DNA of 64,000 bases from Vulcanimicrobiota bacterium (lineage in GTDB: Bacteria > Vulcanimicrobiota > Vulcanimicrobiia > Vulcanimicrobiales > Vulcanimicrobiaceae). Shown piece after piece: positions 28,566 through 39,079 of the stretch. The stretch's first letter is position 1. Each line of letters starts with the position of its first letter. Location: NCBI GenBank assembly GCA_963695225.1, contig OY968762.1, positions 928,001 to 992,000 of the forward strand, read 5' to 3'. A program made the translations under genes and the position numbers. A model generated the notes under the pieces. It worked only from the letters and a program-made list of their open reading frames with translations, was not told the origin of the DNA and searched no databases.

Positions 28566-29314
28566 CGTGTCGCCTCCGTTGTGTTCCCGGCAAATGCCCG
28601 CTCGCGCAATGCGAGGAGCACGAACAGCGGAAGCGCGAGTTGCCTGCGCCAACGCTGCGGTTCCTTGAGCAATCGATAGAGCCACTCGAGGTTGAGACGG
28701 CGCCATCGTTCGGGCGCGCGCTCGACATTCCCGGCCAGAACGTCGAACGAACCGCCGACGCCGATCCCGACGCGCGCGCCGGTCGCCCCGAGGTTCGCTC
28801 GAATCCATAATTCCTGCCGCGGCGATCCGAGCCCGACCAGCACGACGCTCGCGCCGGTCGCGGCGATCTCGTGCGCGACCGCGGCATCCTGGGCCGGCGG
28901 AAAATAGCCGTCCCGGGATCCCGCGATGCGCAGCCCCGGGTGCCGCGCCAGGAGCGCGGCCCCCGCCCGCGCGGCCGTATCGCCTTTAGAGCCGAGCAGA
29001 TACAGCGAGAGCCCTTCGGCCGCGAGCGCGGCGCACAGCGGGTCGATGAGATCGACGCCCGTCACGCGCTCGGGGATGCGCACGCCGTACATGCGCGCGG
29101 CATACAGGACGCCGATCGTGTCGCAGAGCGAGAGCGCGGCGGAGTTGACCGCGGCGCGGAACGCCGCGTCACGCTGCGCCGCGACGATCATCTCCGTCCC
29201 GAGCGTCACGACGAGGCTCGCGCCTTCTCCCTTCGCCAGCGCCGCGATGCGCCGCACGGCATCGGCGCCGCCGGTCGCATCGACACGACAGCCGAGGATC
29301 CGCACGCGTTCCAC
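28562..29314 (-). CDS. WecB/TagA/CpsF-family glycosyltransferase
   Basis: RVTGVDL, GLGSPRQE, GVGGSFD and LEWLYRL motifs. Confidence 0.92.
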   Translation of the reverse strand: MERVRILGCRVDATGGADAVRRIAALAKGEGASLVVTLGTEMIVAAQRDAAFRAAVNSAALSLCDTIGVLYAARMYGVRIPERVTGVDLIDPLCAALAAEGLSLYLLGSKGDTAARAGAALLARHPGLRIAGSRDGYFPPAQDAAVAHEIAATGASVVLVGLGSPRQELWIRANLGATGARVGIGVGGSFDVLAGNVERAPERWRRLNLEWLYRLLKEPQRWRRQLALPLFVLLALRERAFAGNTTEATR

Positions 29315-30240
29315 TAGCGCGCGGGGCTACCGACCTCGCGAGCGCTCGAGCGATACGGTTCGAGCAACGCGCCGAGGGATTCAGCAAGCGCCGTGGGCAT
29401 CGCGCCGAGCGGCGAACGGCACGGGCCGACGCTAAAGCCGAATTCGCCCATCGCCCACTTCACCGGGATCGGGCTGGACGTTTCGAAGAGGGCGCGGAAG
29501 AGCGGCGTCACCTGCAAGTGCAATTCCGCGGCGCGCGCGACGTCGCCGCGCGCGTGCGCTTCGAGCAGCTCGCGCAGTTCTCGGCCGCAGACGTGCGCCG
29601 CGACGCTGATCAGGCCGTTTCCCCCGAGCGCGAGCGTCGGCAAGAACAGGTGGTCGTCGCCCGACCAGAACGAGAAACCAGGGGCTCGCCCCCGCAAGAT
29701 CGCGGAGAACTGCCCGAAATCCCCGCTCGACTCTTTCACGCCCACGACGTTCGCATGGCGCCGCGCGAGTTCGAGCAGCGTCTCCGGCTTCATGTTCGCG
29801 CCCGTTCGCGAGGGGATGTTGTAGATGACGAGCGGGAGTTTCGTCGCCTCCGCGATCGCACCGAAGTGCGCGAGCATGCCGTCCTGCGTCGGCTTGCAAT
29901 ACGCGGGCACGGTCGCCAGGATCCCGTCGGCGCCCGCCGCTTCGGCGCGCTTCGTCAGCGCCACGGAGGCCTTCGTGTTCGGCCCCGTCGCCCCGGCGAC
30001 GACCGAGGCGGTCGCACCGACGGCGGCCTTCACCGCGCCGAACAGCGCGATCTTCTCCTCGTCGTCGAGCGCCGTCCCCTCACCGGTCGAGCCGGCGACC
30101 ACGAGCCCTTCGTTTCCCTGTTCGACGAGCCAGCGGGCGATGCGACCCGCTTCCCTGAGATCGAGTTCGCCGTCGCTGCCGAACGGCGTGACCATCGCCG
30201 TCAGCAAACGGCCGAGCTGTGGGCGTGCAGGCGTCGTCAT
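29314..30240 (-). CDS. dapA: 4-hydroxy-tetrahydrodipicolinate synthase
   Basis: TAMVTPF, GSTGE, YNIPSRTG and GVKES motifs. Confidence 0.95.
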   Translation of the reverse strand: MTTPARPQLGRLLTAMVTPFGSDGELDLREAGRIARWLVEQGNEGLVVAGSTGEGTALDDEEKIALFGAVKAAVGATASVVAGATGPNTKASVALTKRAEAAGADGILATVPAYCKPTQDGMLAHFGAIAEATKLPLVIYNIPSRTGANMKPETLLELARRHANVVGVKESSGDFGQFSAILRGRAPGFSFWSGDDHLFLPTLALGGNGLISVAAHVCGRELRELLEAHARGDVARAAELHLQVTPLFRALFETSSPIPVKWAMGEFGFSVGPCRSPLGAMPTALAESLGALLEPYRSSAREVGSPAR

Positions 30241-31484
30241 GCTCCCCCTTTCGCCGCGGCGGAGTGTGCGGTTTGCGATGCCGATCGACCGAGCCCGAAG
30301 GCATCGTGGACAGCCTGCTCCGCCCGCGCCACGTCCTCCTCCGCGACGAGGACCGAGATCGTGATATTGCTGTCCGTGGAGTGGATGATCTCGACTTCCG
30401 CCGCCGTCAAGGCCTGCACGACGCGGAACATGACGCCGGAAGTCCCGCGCATCCCCGCGCCGACGATCGAGATCTTCGCGCAGTGCGAACGGACGCGGAT
30501 CGCGAGATTCAAATCCGAAAGCTCGCGCCGCACGAGATCGACGTTAGGCGAATCGCACACGAAGAAGATCCCGGCGTTGTTCACGTTGATCATGTCGATC
30601 GAGATCTCGCGCTCCGCCAGCCGCCCGAACAGCGTCTCCTCGAGCTTTGCACGCGCCGCGAAATCGTCGATATCCCCTTGGATCACCCGGAAGAACACGA
30701 TGTCGCGCAGCGCCGTGATCCCCGTGACGGGGGACAGCCGGTTCGGCACCGAGCCGTCGTCGATCGTGGTCCCGACGTTGCTGCGCAGCCCCTTGACCGA
30801 ATACGGCGTCTGCGTCAGGCGGGCGTAATCCGCACCTTTCGCGTGCATGACCTTCGCTCCGTCGTTCGCGAGTTCGACCATCTCGTCGTGGTTGACGCGC
30901 GCGATGGGGTGCGCGCCGGCGATCCGGCGCGGGTCCCCCGTCATGACGCCGCTGACGTCCGTGAAGATCTCGACCGACTCCGCCCCCAGCGCATCGCCGA
31001 GTGCGATCGCCGAGAGGTCGCTCCCGCCGCGGCCGAGCGTGGTGACGGCGCCCCATTCCGAGACGCCCTGGAACCCCGTGACCACGGGGACGATCCCGCG
31101 TTCGAGCGCGAGCACGACGTTCTGCACGTCGACGCGCAGAATCTTCGCATTCCCGAACGACTCGTCGGTGATGATGCCGGCTTGGGCGCCGGTCATCGCT
31201 TGCGCCGGCGCGCCGTAAGAGGTCAGCAGTTCCGCAAAGATCGCGCAGGCGATCGATTCCCCGCACGAGAGCAGCAGATCGCGGTTTGCGCTCGAGCGCG
31301 CCGGCCCGAGCAGCCCGCCGAGCGTATCGGTCGCGTACGGGTCCGGCGCTCGGCCCAGCGCCGAGCAGACGACGACGGGCGACATGCCGCGGGCGCGCGC
31401 CTCGAGCACGCGCGACGCCGCGATCTCGCGCAGTTCCGGCGAGGCCAGCGAACTGCCGCCGAATTTTTGGACGATGGTCTTCAT
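30237..31484 (-). CDS. Aspartate kinase (DapG/AK-I-like)
   Basis: QKFGGSS, TLGRGGSD, FTDVSG and GAKVMH motifs; ACT domains. Confidence 0.93.
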   Translation of the reverse strand: MKTIVQKFGGSSLASPELREIAASRVLEARARGMSPVVVCSALGRAPDPYATDTLGGLLGPARSSANRDLLLSCGESIACAIFAELLTSYGAPAQAMTGAQAGIITDESFGNAKILRVDVQNVVLALERGIVPVVTGFQGVSEWGAVTTLGRGGSDLSAIALGDALGAESVEIFTDVSGVMTGDPRRIAGAHPIARVNHDEMVELANDGAKVMHAKGADYARLTQTPYSVKGLRSNVGTTIDDGSVPNRLSPVTGITALRDIVFFRVIQGDIDDFAARAKLEETLFGRLAEREISIDMINVNNAGIFFVCDSPNVDLVRRELSDLNLAIRVRSHCAKISIVGAGMRGTSGVMFRVVQALTAAEVEIIHSTDSNITISVLVAEEDVARAEQAVHDAFGLGRSASQTAHSAAAKGGA

Positions 31485-32497
31485 TGTAACGTGCGGGTCC
31501 CTACCAACTTACGAGCCATGAGTGCTTCGAGGATCTGAACGGCGTTGAGCGCCGCACCCTTGCGAACCTGATCGCCGACGAGCCACATCTGGAAGTGGCG
31601 GCGCGAGGCCCCTTCGGCGCGCACGCGCGCCACGTGCACGAGATCGGTCCCTTCCACTTCGCGCGGCGTGACGATCCCCTCGGCGTGGAACGCTACGCCG
31701 GGCGCGTCGTGGAACGCCTGCGAGAGTTCCGCCGCGCTCGCGTTCCGCTCGGTCTCGACGAAGACGGCTTCGCTGTGCGCGAAGCGTACCGGAACGCGCA
31801 CCGTCGTCGCCGCGACGTGCAGTTCGGGGCGGCCGAGGATCTTGCGCGTCTCCTCGCAGACCTTCAGCTCCTCGCCGCTGTCGCCGTTCGCATCGAACGT
31901 GCCGATCTGCGGGATCACGTTGCGCGCGATCGGTGCGACGAAGGCGCGCGGGGAGGGTTCTTCTTCCGCCCGCGCGAGCGCCGCTTCGCCGGCGGCGAGC
32001 TCGTCGAGGCCGGCCCGCCCCGCACCGCTGACGGCTTGATACGTCGCGACGCGGACGCTGCGCAGGCCGGCGGTGCGCAACACCGGCGCGAGGCCGACGC
32101 AGAGCACGATCGCCGTGCAGTTCGCGACCGGAAAGATGCGGTGCTCGTGACGCATCGCATCCGCGTTGACCTCGGGGACGATCAGCGGGATGCCCTCGCG
32201 CATGCGGAACGTCGAACTGTTGTCGATCACGACGGCACCGCTCTCGACGCAGGGGGCGGCGAGATCGGCGCTCGCATCTTCGCTGCTCGCGAACAGGACG
32301 GCGTCGAAGCGCCCGGCGGCGAGCGCCTCGGCAGTCGCCGCGCGAATCGGAATCGAGCGGCCGCGGAAATGAAACGGGAGCCCGCGGTCGCGGGAGGCGA
32401 AAGCCCCGAGTTCGTCGACCGGGACGGCGCGTTCGTCCAGGATCCGGGCGATCGTTTCGCCGACGACGCCGGTGATCCCGACGATTGCGATTCTCAT
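31481..32497 (-). CDS. asd: Aspartate-semialdehyde dehydrogenase
   Basis: GITGVVG, DNSSTFR, NCT, YQAVSGAG and RKGAALN motifs. Confidence 0.95.
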   Translation of the reverse strand: MRIAIVGITGVVGETIARILDERAVPVDELGAFASRDRGLPFHFRGRSIPIRAATAEALAAGRFDAVLFASSEDASADLAAPCVESGAVVIDNSSTFRMREGIPLIVPEVNADAMRHEHRIFPVANCTAIVLCVGLAPVLRTAGLRSVRVATYQAVSGAGRAGLDELAAGEAALARAEEEPSPRAFVAPIARNVIPQIGTFDANGDSGEELKVCEETRKILGRPELHVAATTVRVPVRFAHSEAVFVETERNASAAELSQAFHDAPGVAFHAEGIVTPREVEGTDLVHVARVRAEGASRRHFQMWLVGDQVRKGAALNAVQILEALMARKLVGTRTLQ

Positions 32498-33246
32498 GCG
32501 GTTCCTCCCTCGAGCAATCCGTCGAGACCCACGACGAGTCCGCGCCGGGCGCGAATGCGCCGCACGGCGAGCAGCACGCCCGTCATGAACGAATCGCGCG
32601 TGAGCGAATCGTGCCGGATCGTGAGCACCTCGCCCTCGCCCCCGAGCAGCACTTCTTGGTGCGCGACCAGGCCGCGCAGGCGGACGCTGTGGATCGGCAC
32701 GTCGGCGTGCGAGGAATGCGCGGCGATACGGCGCGCAGTCAGGCGCGCGGTTCCGCTCGGCTTGTCCAACTTACGGTCGTGGTGCAATTCGACGATCTCG
32801 ACGGTGGGGTAATAGCGCGCGGCTTCTTCGGCGAATCGCATCATCAAGACAGCGCCGAGCGCGAAGTTCGGCACGAGGGCCCCGGCCACCCCGAGACGCT
32901 CGCACAGTGCCCCAAGCGCGGTCTCGTCTTCGGGGGTCCACCCCGAGACGCCGATCACGGGCGAAGCGCCGCCCTCCAGCGCCGCGCGAGCGACCTCGAG
33001 CGAAGTGGGATAGAGCGTGAAATCGACGACCACCTCGGGCCTGCTCTCGCGCACGAACGCGACGGGATCGTCGTAGAGCCGCCCCACGTCCCCTTCGAGT
33101 CCGACGAGCGGCCCCAACGGTTCTCCGGCCCGGCCGCGATCGAACCCGCCGACGAGTTGCAGATCCTCGGTTGCGTTCACGGCGGCGCAGACCGTCCGCC
33201 CCATGCGGCCGAGCGCCCCCGCCACCCCGACTCGTATCTTCGACAA
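32494..33246 (-). CDS. dapB: 4-hydroxy-tetrahydrodipicolinate reductase
   Basis: GALGRMG, PNFALG and ELHHDRKLDKPSGTA motifs. Confidence 0.95.
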   Translation of the reverse strand: MSKIRVGVAGALGRMGRTVCAAVNATEDLQLVGGFDRGRAGEPLGPLVGLEGDVGRLYDDPVAFVRESRPEVVVDFTLYPTSLEVARAALEGGASPVIGVSGWTPEDETALGALCERLGVAGALVPNFALGAVLMMRFAEEAARYYPTVEIVELHHDRKLDKPSGTARLTARRIAAHSSHADVPIHSVRLRGLVAHQEVLLGGEGEVLTIRHDSLTRDSFMTGVLLAVRRIRARRGLVVGLDGLLEGGTA

Positions 33247-33299
33247 ACCCTACTCCCAAGCGCGCCCGACGATGCGAGCGCATCCCGGGCAAAGTGAAA

Positions 33300-35456
33300 T
33301 TAGACGACCTTCTCGAGGGGCGCGTATTTGAGCATGACCATCTTCGGACCGACGTTCGGGAAGTTGATCGTCAGCAACCCGTCGCCGCCCGCCCCCGCGA
33401 CGTCCGCCACGAGGCCCTCGCCCCATTTCGGATGCCGGACGCGGTCGCCTACCTGCAGGCCGAGGCTCACGCCGGCGCCCGCCGTCTCGTGGATCGAGAC
33501 TTCGCGCCACCGCCCGCCCGTCGCGCGGGGCATCGGGGATGCTCCGCCGAGGACTTCGACGCTCGGCATCTCGTCCAAGAAGCGCGATTTCGGATGCGCG
33601 AACGTGTTGCCGTAGAGCGTCCGCCGCTGCGCATACGAGAGGAAGAGGCGCTCCATCGCGCGGGTCACGCCGACGTAGGCGAGGCGGCGCTCCTCTTCGA
33701 GTTCGCGGCCGTCGGTCAGCGCCCGGTTGTGCGGGAAGACGCCGTCCTCGAGCCCGGTCAGGAAAACGACGGGGAATTCGAGACCCTTCGCCGCGTGCAT
33801 CGTCATCAACGTGACGAACGAGGCGTCGGCGTCGAGGGCGTCGAGATCGCTGACGAGCGCGATGTTCGCGAGGAAATCCTCGAGCGTCCCGGCGTTCTCG
33901 CCTTCTTCGAACTCCTTGGCGACGCCGAGCATCTCTTGCAAATTCTCGAGCCGCGCGCGGGCGTCCGTCGTATCTTCGGACTTCAGTTCGCGGACGTAGC
34001 CGGAATCTTCCATCACCGCCAGGAGGAGTTCCGAGACCGTGAGGACTTCGGCCTTCACGCGAAGATCCGCGATCAGCTCGGCAAACCGCTCGAGCTCCTT
34101 CTGTTTCTTCGGAACCGAACGATGCAGCAGGTCCTTATCGAAGATCGTCTGCCCGACCGATATCTTCGCGGCGTTCGCCGCGTCGACCAGGCTCGCGATC
34201 GTCTGCTGGCCGATGCTCCGGCGCGGCACGTTCACGATGCGCTTGAAGGCGACCGCATCCGACGGATTGACGATGTAGCGCAGATAGGCCATCACGTCTT
34301 TGATTTCGGCGCGCGCGTAGAAGCCGACGCCGCCGACGACGCGATAAGGGATGCCGTCCCCGAGGAACGCTTCCTCGAACACGCGCGACTGCGCGTTCGT
34401 CCGGTAGAGGACGAGGAAATCGCGGTAGGCCGCGCCGTCGCGGACGAGTTCCTTGACCTTCTCGAGGACGTAGCGCGCCTCGGCCCGCTCCGACTCCGTC
34501 GAGAACAGGGTAACCGGCTCGCCGGCGATGCGCTGCGTGAAGAGGCGCTTGGGATGGCGGGTCTCGTTATTGGAGACGAGCTCGTTTGCCGCGGTCAGGA
34601 TCGCCTGGGTGCTGCGATAGTTCTCTTCCAGCTTGAAGACCTTCGCGCCGGGGAAATCCTTCTCGAAGCGGAGGATGTTCTTGTAGTCGCTGCCGCGCCA
34701 CGAATAGATCGATTGATCGTCGTCGCCGACGACCGTGAGATTCTTGTGTTCCTCGGCCAAGATCGCGCACAGGCGGTACTGCGCGAAATTCACGTCCTGG
34801 TATTCGTCGACCAGGATGTAGCGGAATTTGTTCTGATAGCGCGTGCGGGTCTCGACGTCTTCTTCGAGGAGGCGGATCGTCTGCGAGATCAGGTCGTCGA
34901 AATCGAGACCGTTGCTTTCGCGCAGGCGCCGGTCGTACTCGCGGTAGACCGCGGCGACCCGTTCGCCGTTGAAAGACGTGTTGCGCGTCTCGTACTCGTC
35001 GGGGCCGAGCAAGGCGTTCTTCGCCTTGCTGATCTCCTCGAGAGCCGCACCGGGCGTGAGTTGGCGCTCGTCGAAATCCAGATCGTGAAGGACGTCGCGG
35101 ACGATGGACCGCTGGTCGGCGTCGTCCATGATCGCGAAATTCGGCGAGATGCCGATCTTTCGTCCGTCGCGGCGCAAGATGCGCACGCAGATCGCGTGGA
35201 ACGTGCCGGCCCAGAGGTCCCGGGCGGGAGCCCCGACCATCTCCTCGAGCCGACTCCTCAACTCACCGGCCGCACGATTCGTGAAGGTGACGGCCAGGAT
35301 GCGGTCCGGAAAGACCTTCTTCTCCAGCAAGTGGGCGATCCGGTGCGTGAGGACGCGGGTCTTCCCGCTGCCGGCGCCGGCGAAGATGAGCACCGGGCCA
35401 TCGGTCTCAAGAACGGCGTCGCGCTGGACGTCGTTCAAAGCGTCATAATGAACCAT
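33300..35456 (-). CDS. pcrA: PcrA/UvrD DNA helicase
   Basis: AGAGSGKT, DEYQD, VGDDDQSIY, NYRST, HAAKGLEF and EERRLAYV motifs; C-terminal Tudor-like tail. Confidence 0.95.
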   Translation of the reverse strand: MVHYDALNDVQRDAVLETDGPVLIFAGAGSGKTRVLTHRIAHLLEKKVFPDRILAVTFTNRAAGELRSRLEEMVGAPARDLWAGTFHAICVRILRRDGRKIGISPNFAIMDDADQRSIVRDVLHDLDFDERQLTPGAALEEISKAKNALLGPDEYETRNTSFNGERVAAVYREYDRRLRESNGLDFDDLISQTIRLLEEDVETRTRYQNKFRYILVDEYQDVNFAQYRLCAILAEEHKNLTVVGDDDQSIYSWRGSDYKNILRFEKDFPGAKVFKLEENYRSTQAILTAANELVSNNETRHPKRLFTQRIAGEPVTLFSTESERAEARYVLEKVKELVRDGAAYRDFLVLYRTNAQSRVFEEAFLGDGIPYRVVGGVGFYARAEIKDVMAYLRYIVNPSDAVAFKRIVNVPRRSIGQQTIASLVDAANAAKISVGQTIFDKDLLHRSVPKKQKELERFAELIADLRVKAEVLTVSELLLAVMEDSGYVRELKSEDTTDARARLENLQEMLGVAKEFEEGENAGTLEDFLANIALVSDLDALDADASFVTLMTMHAAKGLEFPVVFLTGLEDGVFPHNRALTDGRELEEERRLAYVGVTRAMERLFLSYAQRRTLYGNTFAHPKSRFLDEMPSVEVLGGASPMPRATGGRWREVSIHETAGAGVSLGLQVGDRVRHPKWGEGLVADVAGAGGDGLLTINFPNVGPKMVMLKYAPLEKVV

Positions 35457-35505
35457 CTTCCCTATGTGTTCGCCGCCGAGGCCCTCCGCGCCTCGGGCGC
35501 CGCGG

Positions 35506-36579
35506 CTATGGGCTTTGCGCGTGCCGCGCGGCCCGGCCGGCGAGCGCGAACGCACTCCATAGGTACGCGAGCGTCGACTCGGCGCCCATGTTGTCGTTCG
35601 GGCCGAATTCCTCGAGGCCGTCGCAGCATCCGCCGTCCCGAACGAGCGGGATGCCGAGCGTGTTCGCTCCGTGGAACCAATCAAAGGCCGCCCGGGCAAC
35701 CCGCTCCCAGCGCGGGTTGCGATCCGTCTCCGCTGCGACGAGGGCGAGATCGATCATTCCAGCCGCTTCGAGCGGCTGTTGCGAATAGATCGCGCGCGGG
35801 CCGCCGCGCTGATACCATCCGTCGTTACCGATCGGGACGAAGAGACCGTCCCGCATGACCACGCCGGCGAGGAATTCGGCCGACGCGAGCCCGATGCGCA
35901 GCAGTTCGCGGTCCCCGAACGCGCCGCCGAGACGGATCATCGCCTCCGGCAAACGCGCGTTGTCGTACGTCATCCGCGGCTCGAACCACTCCCAGCCGCC
36001 GGCGCGGTGCCGCTCGAACGCGCCCCGGAGTTCGGCGGAGACGTGGGCGGCGGCCCGGGCGATCGACGTCTCCTGCAGGTACGGATGGGGGCCGCCCTCC
36101 GCGCGAGCGATGCCGAGCGCCGCGAACGCGCACGAACGGGGAAAGCGGAACGACGCGACGGCGGGGAGCGCGCGGTCGAGCATCCGGGCGCAGAGCGTCC
36201 GCCACCGCGCCTTCGGCGCATGCCGCACGCCGTACCCGAGCGCCCAGATCGCGCGCCCGTTGGAATCGTCGCTGCCGACTTCCTCGATCCACGTGCGCTC
36301 GTAGCTCATGAAGTTCCGAAAGCGCCCGTCCGGCCGCTGCGCGTGATGGAGGAACGCGAGATAGGTGCCGGCGAGGCGCAGCGCCGCCTCGGAGTACTCC
36401 GGCTCGCTCGCGGCCGCGATCGCGACCATGAACGCCCGCGCCACGTCGTCGACGCAGTACCCTTCGGCGCGGTTGGGCACGCAGTACGTCGCGTGTTGCG
36501 AGATGCCCACGTCGTCGCTGAGCGCGATCAAGTGGTCGAGCGCCGGAAGCGCGCGATCGGTTATGGCGAGCACGGTCAC
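35506..36579 (-). CDS. Glycosyltransferase-associated putative (alpha/alpha)6 glycosidase-like protein
   Basis: GYCVDDVARA, FRNFMSY, YDNARLP, QQPLEA and NMGAESTLA motifs; coupled to the GT4 gene. Confidence 0.75.
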   Translation of the reverse strand: MTVLAITDRALPALDHLIALSDDVGISQHATYCVPNRAEGYCVDDVARAFMVAIAAASEPEYSEAALRLAGTYLAFLHHAQRPDGRFRNFMSYERTWIEEVGSDDSNGRAIWALGYGVRHAPKARWRTLCARMLDRALPAVASFRFPRSCAFAALGIARAEGGPHPYLQETSIARAAAHVSAELRGAFERHRAGGWEWFEPRMTYDNARLPEAMIRLGGAFGDRELLRIGLASAEFLAGVVMRDGLFVPIGNDGWYQRGGPRAIYSQQPLEAAGMIDLALVAAETDRNPRWERVARAAFDWFHGANTLGIPLVRDGGCCDGLEEFGPNDNMGAESTLAYLWSAFALAGRAARHAQSP

Positions 36580-37775
36580 GCGGTTCTCTTGGCCAGGCGG
36601 ATCGGCGCCAACTCGCGGAACAGCTGGAGATGCTGGAGCGAAACGTGGCTCCACGTCATCGAGCGGCCGAACTCATAGGCTCGTTGCGAGATCGTCCGGC
36701 GCAACGCCGGGGCGTCCAGCAGGGCGAGGAGTTGCGTCGCGATCGAGTCGCCGTCGCGGAAGGCCGCGAGCAAACCGCGCTGGTCGGCGAGGAGCTCCTT
36801 CGCATACACGTACGGCGTCGAGACGATCGCCTTCCCGCAGCCGACGGCATAGGCGAGGGTTCCGCTGACGATCTGAACGGGATTCACGTACGGCGTCAGG
36901 TAGATATCGGTCGCCCGCAGGTAACCGATCAACTCGTCGAACCCGAGATAGCGATCGATCAGCCGGACGTGGCGCTCGAGGCCGTAGCTGCAAATCCGCT
37001 CCTTGAGGCTCTCCCGGTAGACTTCGCCTTCGCTCCGCCGCACCTCGGGGTGCGTCTCGCCGAGGATCAGATACATCACTTCCGGGTGGCGCGGGACGAC
37101 GGCCCGCAACGCGTCGATCGCGAACTCGAGTCCCTTTCCGCGGTTGATCAGGCCGAACGTCGAAATCAGCGTGCGCCCGCCGCAACCGAGCCCGCGCTTC
37201 GCGACGTCCGTCGGTTCGAACGGAACGTCGGGGACGCCGTGCGGGATGACGCGCAGCTTCCTGCGATCGATCCCATAATCGGAGACCAAGATCTTCTTCC
37301 CCGCCTCGGAGAGGACGACTACGGCGTCGGCGCGGGCGCACAGGCGGCGCGCCGTCAAGCGATGGTGTTCGCTCGGATCGGGAAGGACGGTGTGCAAGGA
37401 GAGCACGAGCGGAGCGTGGAGCCGGTCGAGCAAGTCGAAGATGCGCTCGCCGTCTTCGCCGCCGAAGAGGCCGTACTCGTGCTGGATATGGACGACGTCG
37501 GGAGCGAGCGAGGCGATCGTGTCGGCGGCAAGCGCGTACGTCTCGGGCCGGTCGCGGACGATCCGGGCGACGACTTCGGACGGGTACGAGCGGACGAGGT
37601 CCGGCCGCTCGTCGATCGCCACGACCCAGTGCGGCGTGGTCGTCAGCGCTCCGAACGAGGAAACGACGTCCTTCGTGAAGGTCGCAATGCCGCATTCACG
37701 AGGGGGATAGGATCCGATAAATACGGCTTTCGGCGCTCGGGCGAGGTATGGCTCGGGCAGGGGGAGCGTAAGCAT
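36576..37775 (-). CDS. Glycosyltransferase family 4
   Basis: YPPRECGIATF, HIQHEYGLFGG and SGTLAYA motifs. Confidence 0.9.
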   Translation of the reverse strand: MLTLPLPEPYLARAPKAVFIGSYPPRECGIATFTKDVVSSFGALTTTPHWVVAIDERPDLVRSYPSEVVARIVRDRPETYALAADTIASLAPDVVHIQHEYGLFGGEDGERIFDLLDRLHAPLVLSLHTVLPDPSEHHRLTARRLCARADAVVVLSEAGKKILVSDYGIDRRKLRVIPHGVPDVPFEPTDVAKRGLGCGGRTLISTFGLINRGKGLEFAIDALRAVVPRHPEVMYLILGETHPEVRRSEGEVYRESLKERICSYGLERHVRLIDRYLGFDELIGYLRATDIYLTPYVNPVQIVSGTLAYAVGCGKAIVSTPYVYAKELLADQRGLLAAFRDGDSIATQLLALLDAPALRRTISQRAYEFGRSMTWSHVSLQHLQLFRELAPIRLAKRTA

Positions 37776-37850
37776 GGGGCCTCCGATTCGGCTCGATCGT
37801 GCGCCCGAGGATGGGCCCAACGAAACCGCGGTGGGAGCCGCGTGCGCCCC

Positions 37851-38906
37851 TTAGACCGGCGCGGCCGGCCCTGGGATGCGCGCGCCTCGTTTAACCAATG
37901 TACCCATTTCTACGACCGCATCATGCCCGATCACGGCGCCTGCCTCGATCGTCGCCCCGGCGCCGACCCGGACGCGGCTCGCCAGGATCGCCCCTTCAAT
38001 GCTCGCACCCGGCCCCACGACGACGTCGTCCCACAGGATCGACCTCGAGATCCGCGCGCCCGCCGCGACGCGGCTGCCGGCGCCGATCACGGCATCCGGC
38101 CCGAGGACCGCGCCGGGTTCGATCGTCGCGCCCGGGTCGACGTGGATCGTTCCGCTCGTCCCTGCGAACTGCCGGACGGAAGGGACGCCCGGCAAGACCA
38201 GCCGCCCCGCGAGAACGTCGCTGTGCGCCTGGAGGTAATGCTCCGGCCGGCCGAGATCGATCCAGTAGTCGGCCGTCATGTAACCGTGCAGCGGCGTGCG
38301 GACGGCCAGCAGCAGCGGAAACGTCTCGCGTTCGATCGAGACGGGGCGCCCGGCCGGGATCGCATCGAGGATGTCGCGCTCGAGCAAATAGGTTCCGGCG
38401 TTGATTGCGTTCGTCGGGGCGGTTTCGCGCGCCGGCTTTTCGATGAAGGTCGAAATGCGGCCGGACGCGTCGCGCACGACGCAACCGAACGCCGAAGGGT
38501 CGTCGACGGCGATGAGGTGCAGGGCGCCGAGGCCGCCCTTTTCGCGGTGGAAGGCGAGCATCGCGCGCAGGTCGAGGCCGGTGAGGACGTCGCCGTTGAG
38601 AACGAAGAACGGCCCCTTGATCAGGTGCTCGATGTTCTTGAGCGCGCCCGCGGTTCCGAGCGGGACGTCCTCGATCACGTAGGTGAGGTTCATGCCGAAG
38701 CGTTCGCCGGTCCCAAAATACGACGCGATCGCTTCCGGGAGATAGCCGGCCGGCAGAATCACTTCCGTGATCCCCGCGTCCTTCAACCGCAGCAACGTGC
38801 GCTCCAAGAACGGGACGCCGAAGATGGGGACCATCGGCTTCGGTGTGCCGTACGTCAGCGGCCGAAGCCGCGTTCCCTCGCCCCCGACTAGGACGACTGC
38901 CTGCAA
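37851..38906 (-). CDS. Second NDP-sugar pyrophosphorylase
   Basis: LVGGEGTRLRPLT..PKP, NGDV, EKP and WIDLG motifs; hexapeptide tail; probable TTG start. Confidence 0.9.
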   Translation of the reverse strand: MQAVVLVGGEGTRLRPLTYGTPKPMVPIFGVPFLERTLLRLKDAGITEVILPAGYLPEAIASYFGTGERFGMNLTYVIEDVPLGTAGALKNIEHLIKGPFFVLNGDVLTGLDLRAMLAFHREKGGLGALHLIAVDDPSAFGCVVRDASGRISTFIEKPARETAPTNAINAGTYLLERDILDAIPAGRPVSIERETFPLLLAVRTPLHGYMTADYWIDLGRPEHYLQAHSDVLAGRLVLPGVPSVRQFAGTSGTIHVDPGATIEPGAVLGPDAVIGAGSRVAAGARISRSILWDDVVVGPGASIEGAILASRVRVGAGATIEAGAVIGHDAVVEMGTLVKRGARIPGPAAPV

Positions 38907-39051
38907 GACCTGCCTCCCACGTATGCGCCCATCCTTCGATTTGCCCGCAGCGCTTAATCTATACCTTCCCATATGTCCGCTTCGATGCTCCGCTCAAACA
39001 CTGAAGCGCGCAAACATGCCCTTCGGCAATCGAACGCAGGAATTTCCAATC

Positions 39052-39079
39052 GCATGATCGAACATATGTTCGATCATGC
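39052..39079. promoter_or_regulatory. LexA/SOS box (CGAAC-ATAT-GTTCG) inside a 28-bp perfect palindrome
   Basis: GCATGATCGAACATATGTTCGATCATGC matches the Bacillota/Actinomycetota GAAC-N4-GTTC consensus and overlaps the HNH ATG. Confidence 0.8.

Noticed and set aside
35460..35475. SOS box upstream of pcrA
   Set aside because: Only one half-site (CGAAC-ACAT-AGGG on the minus strand)
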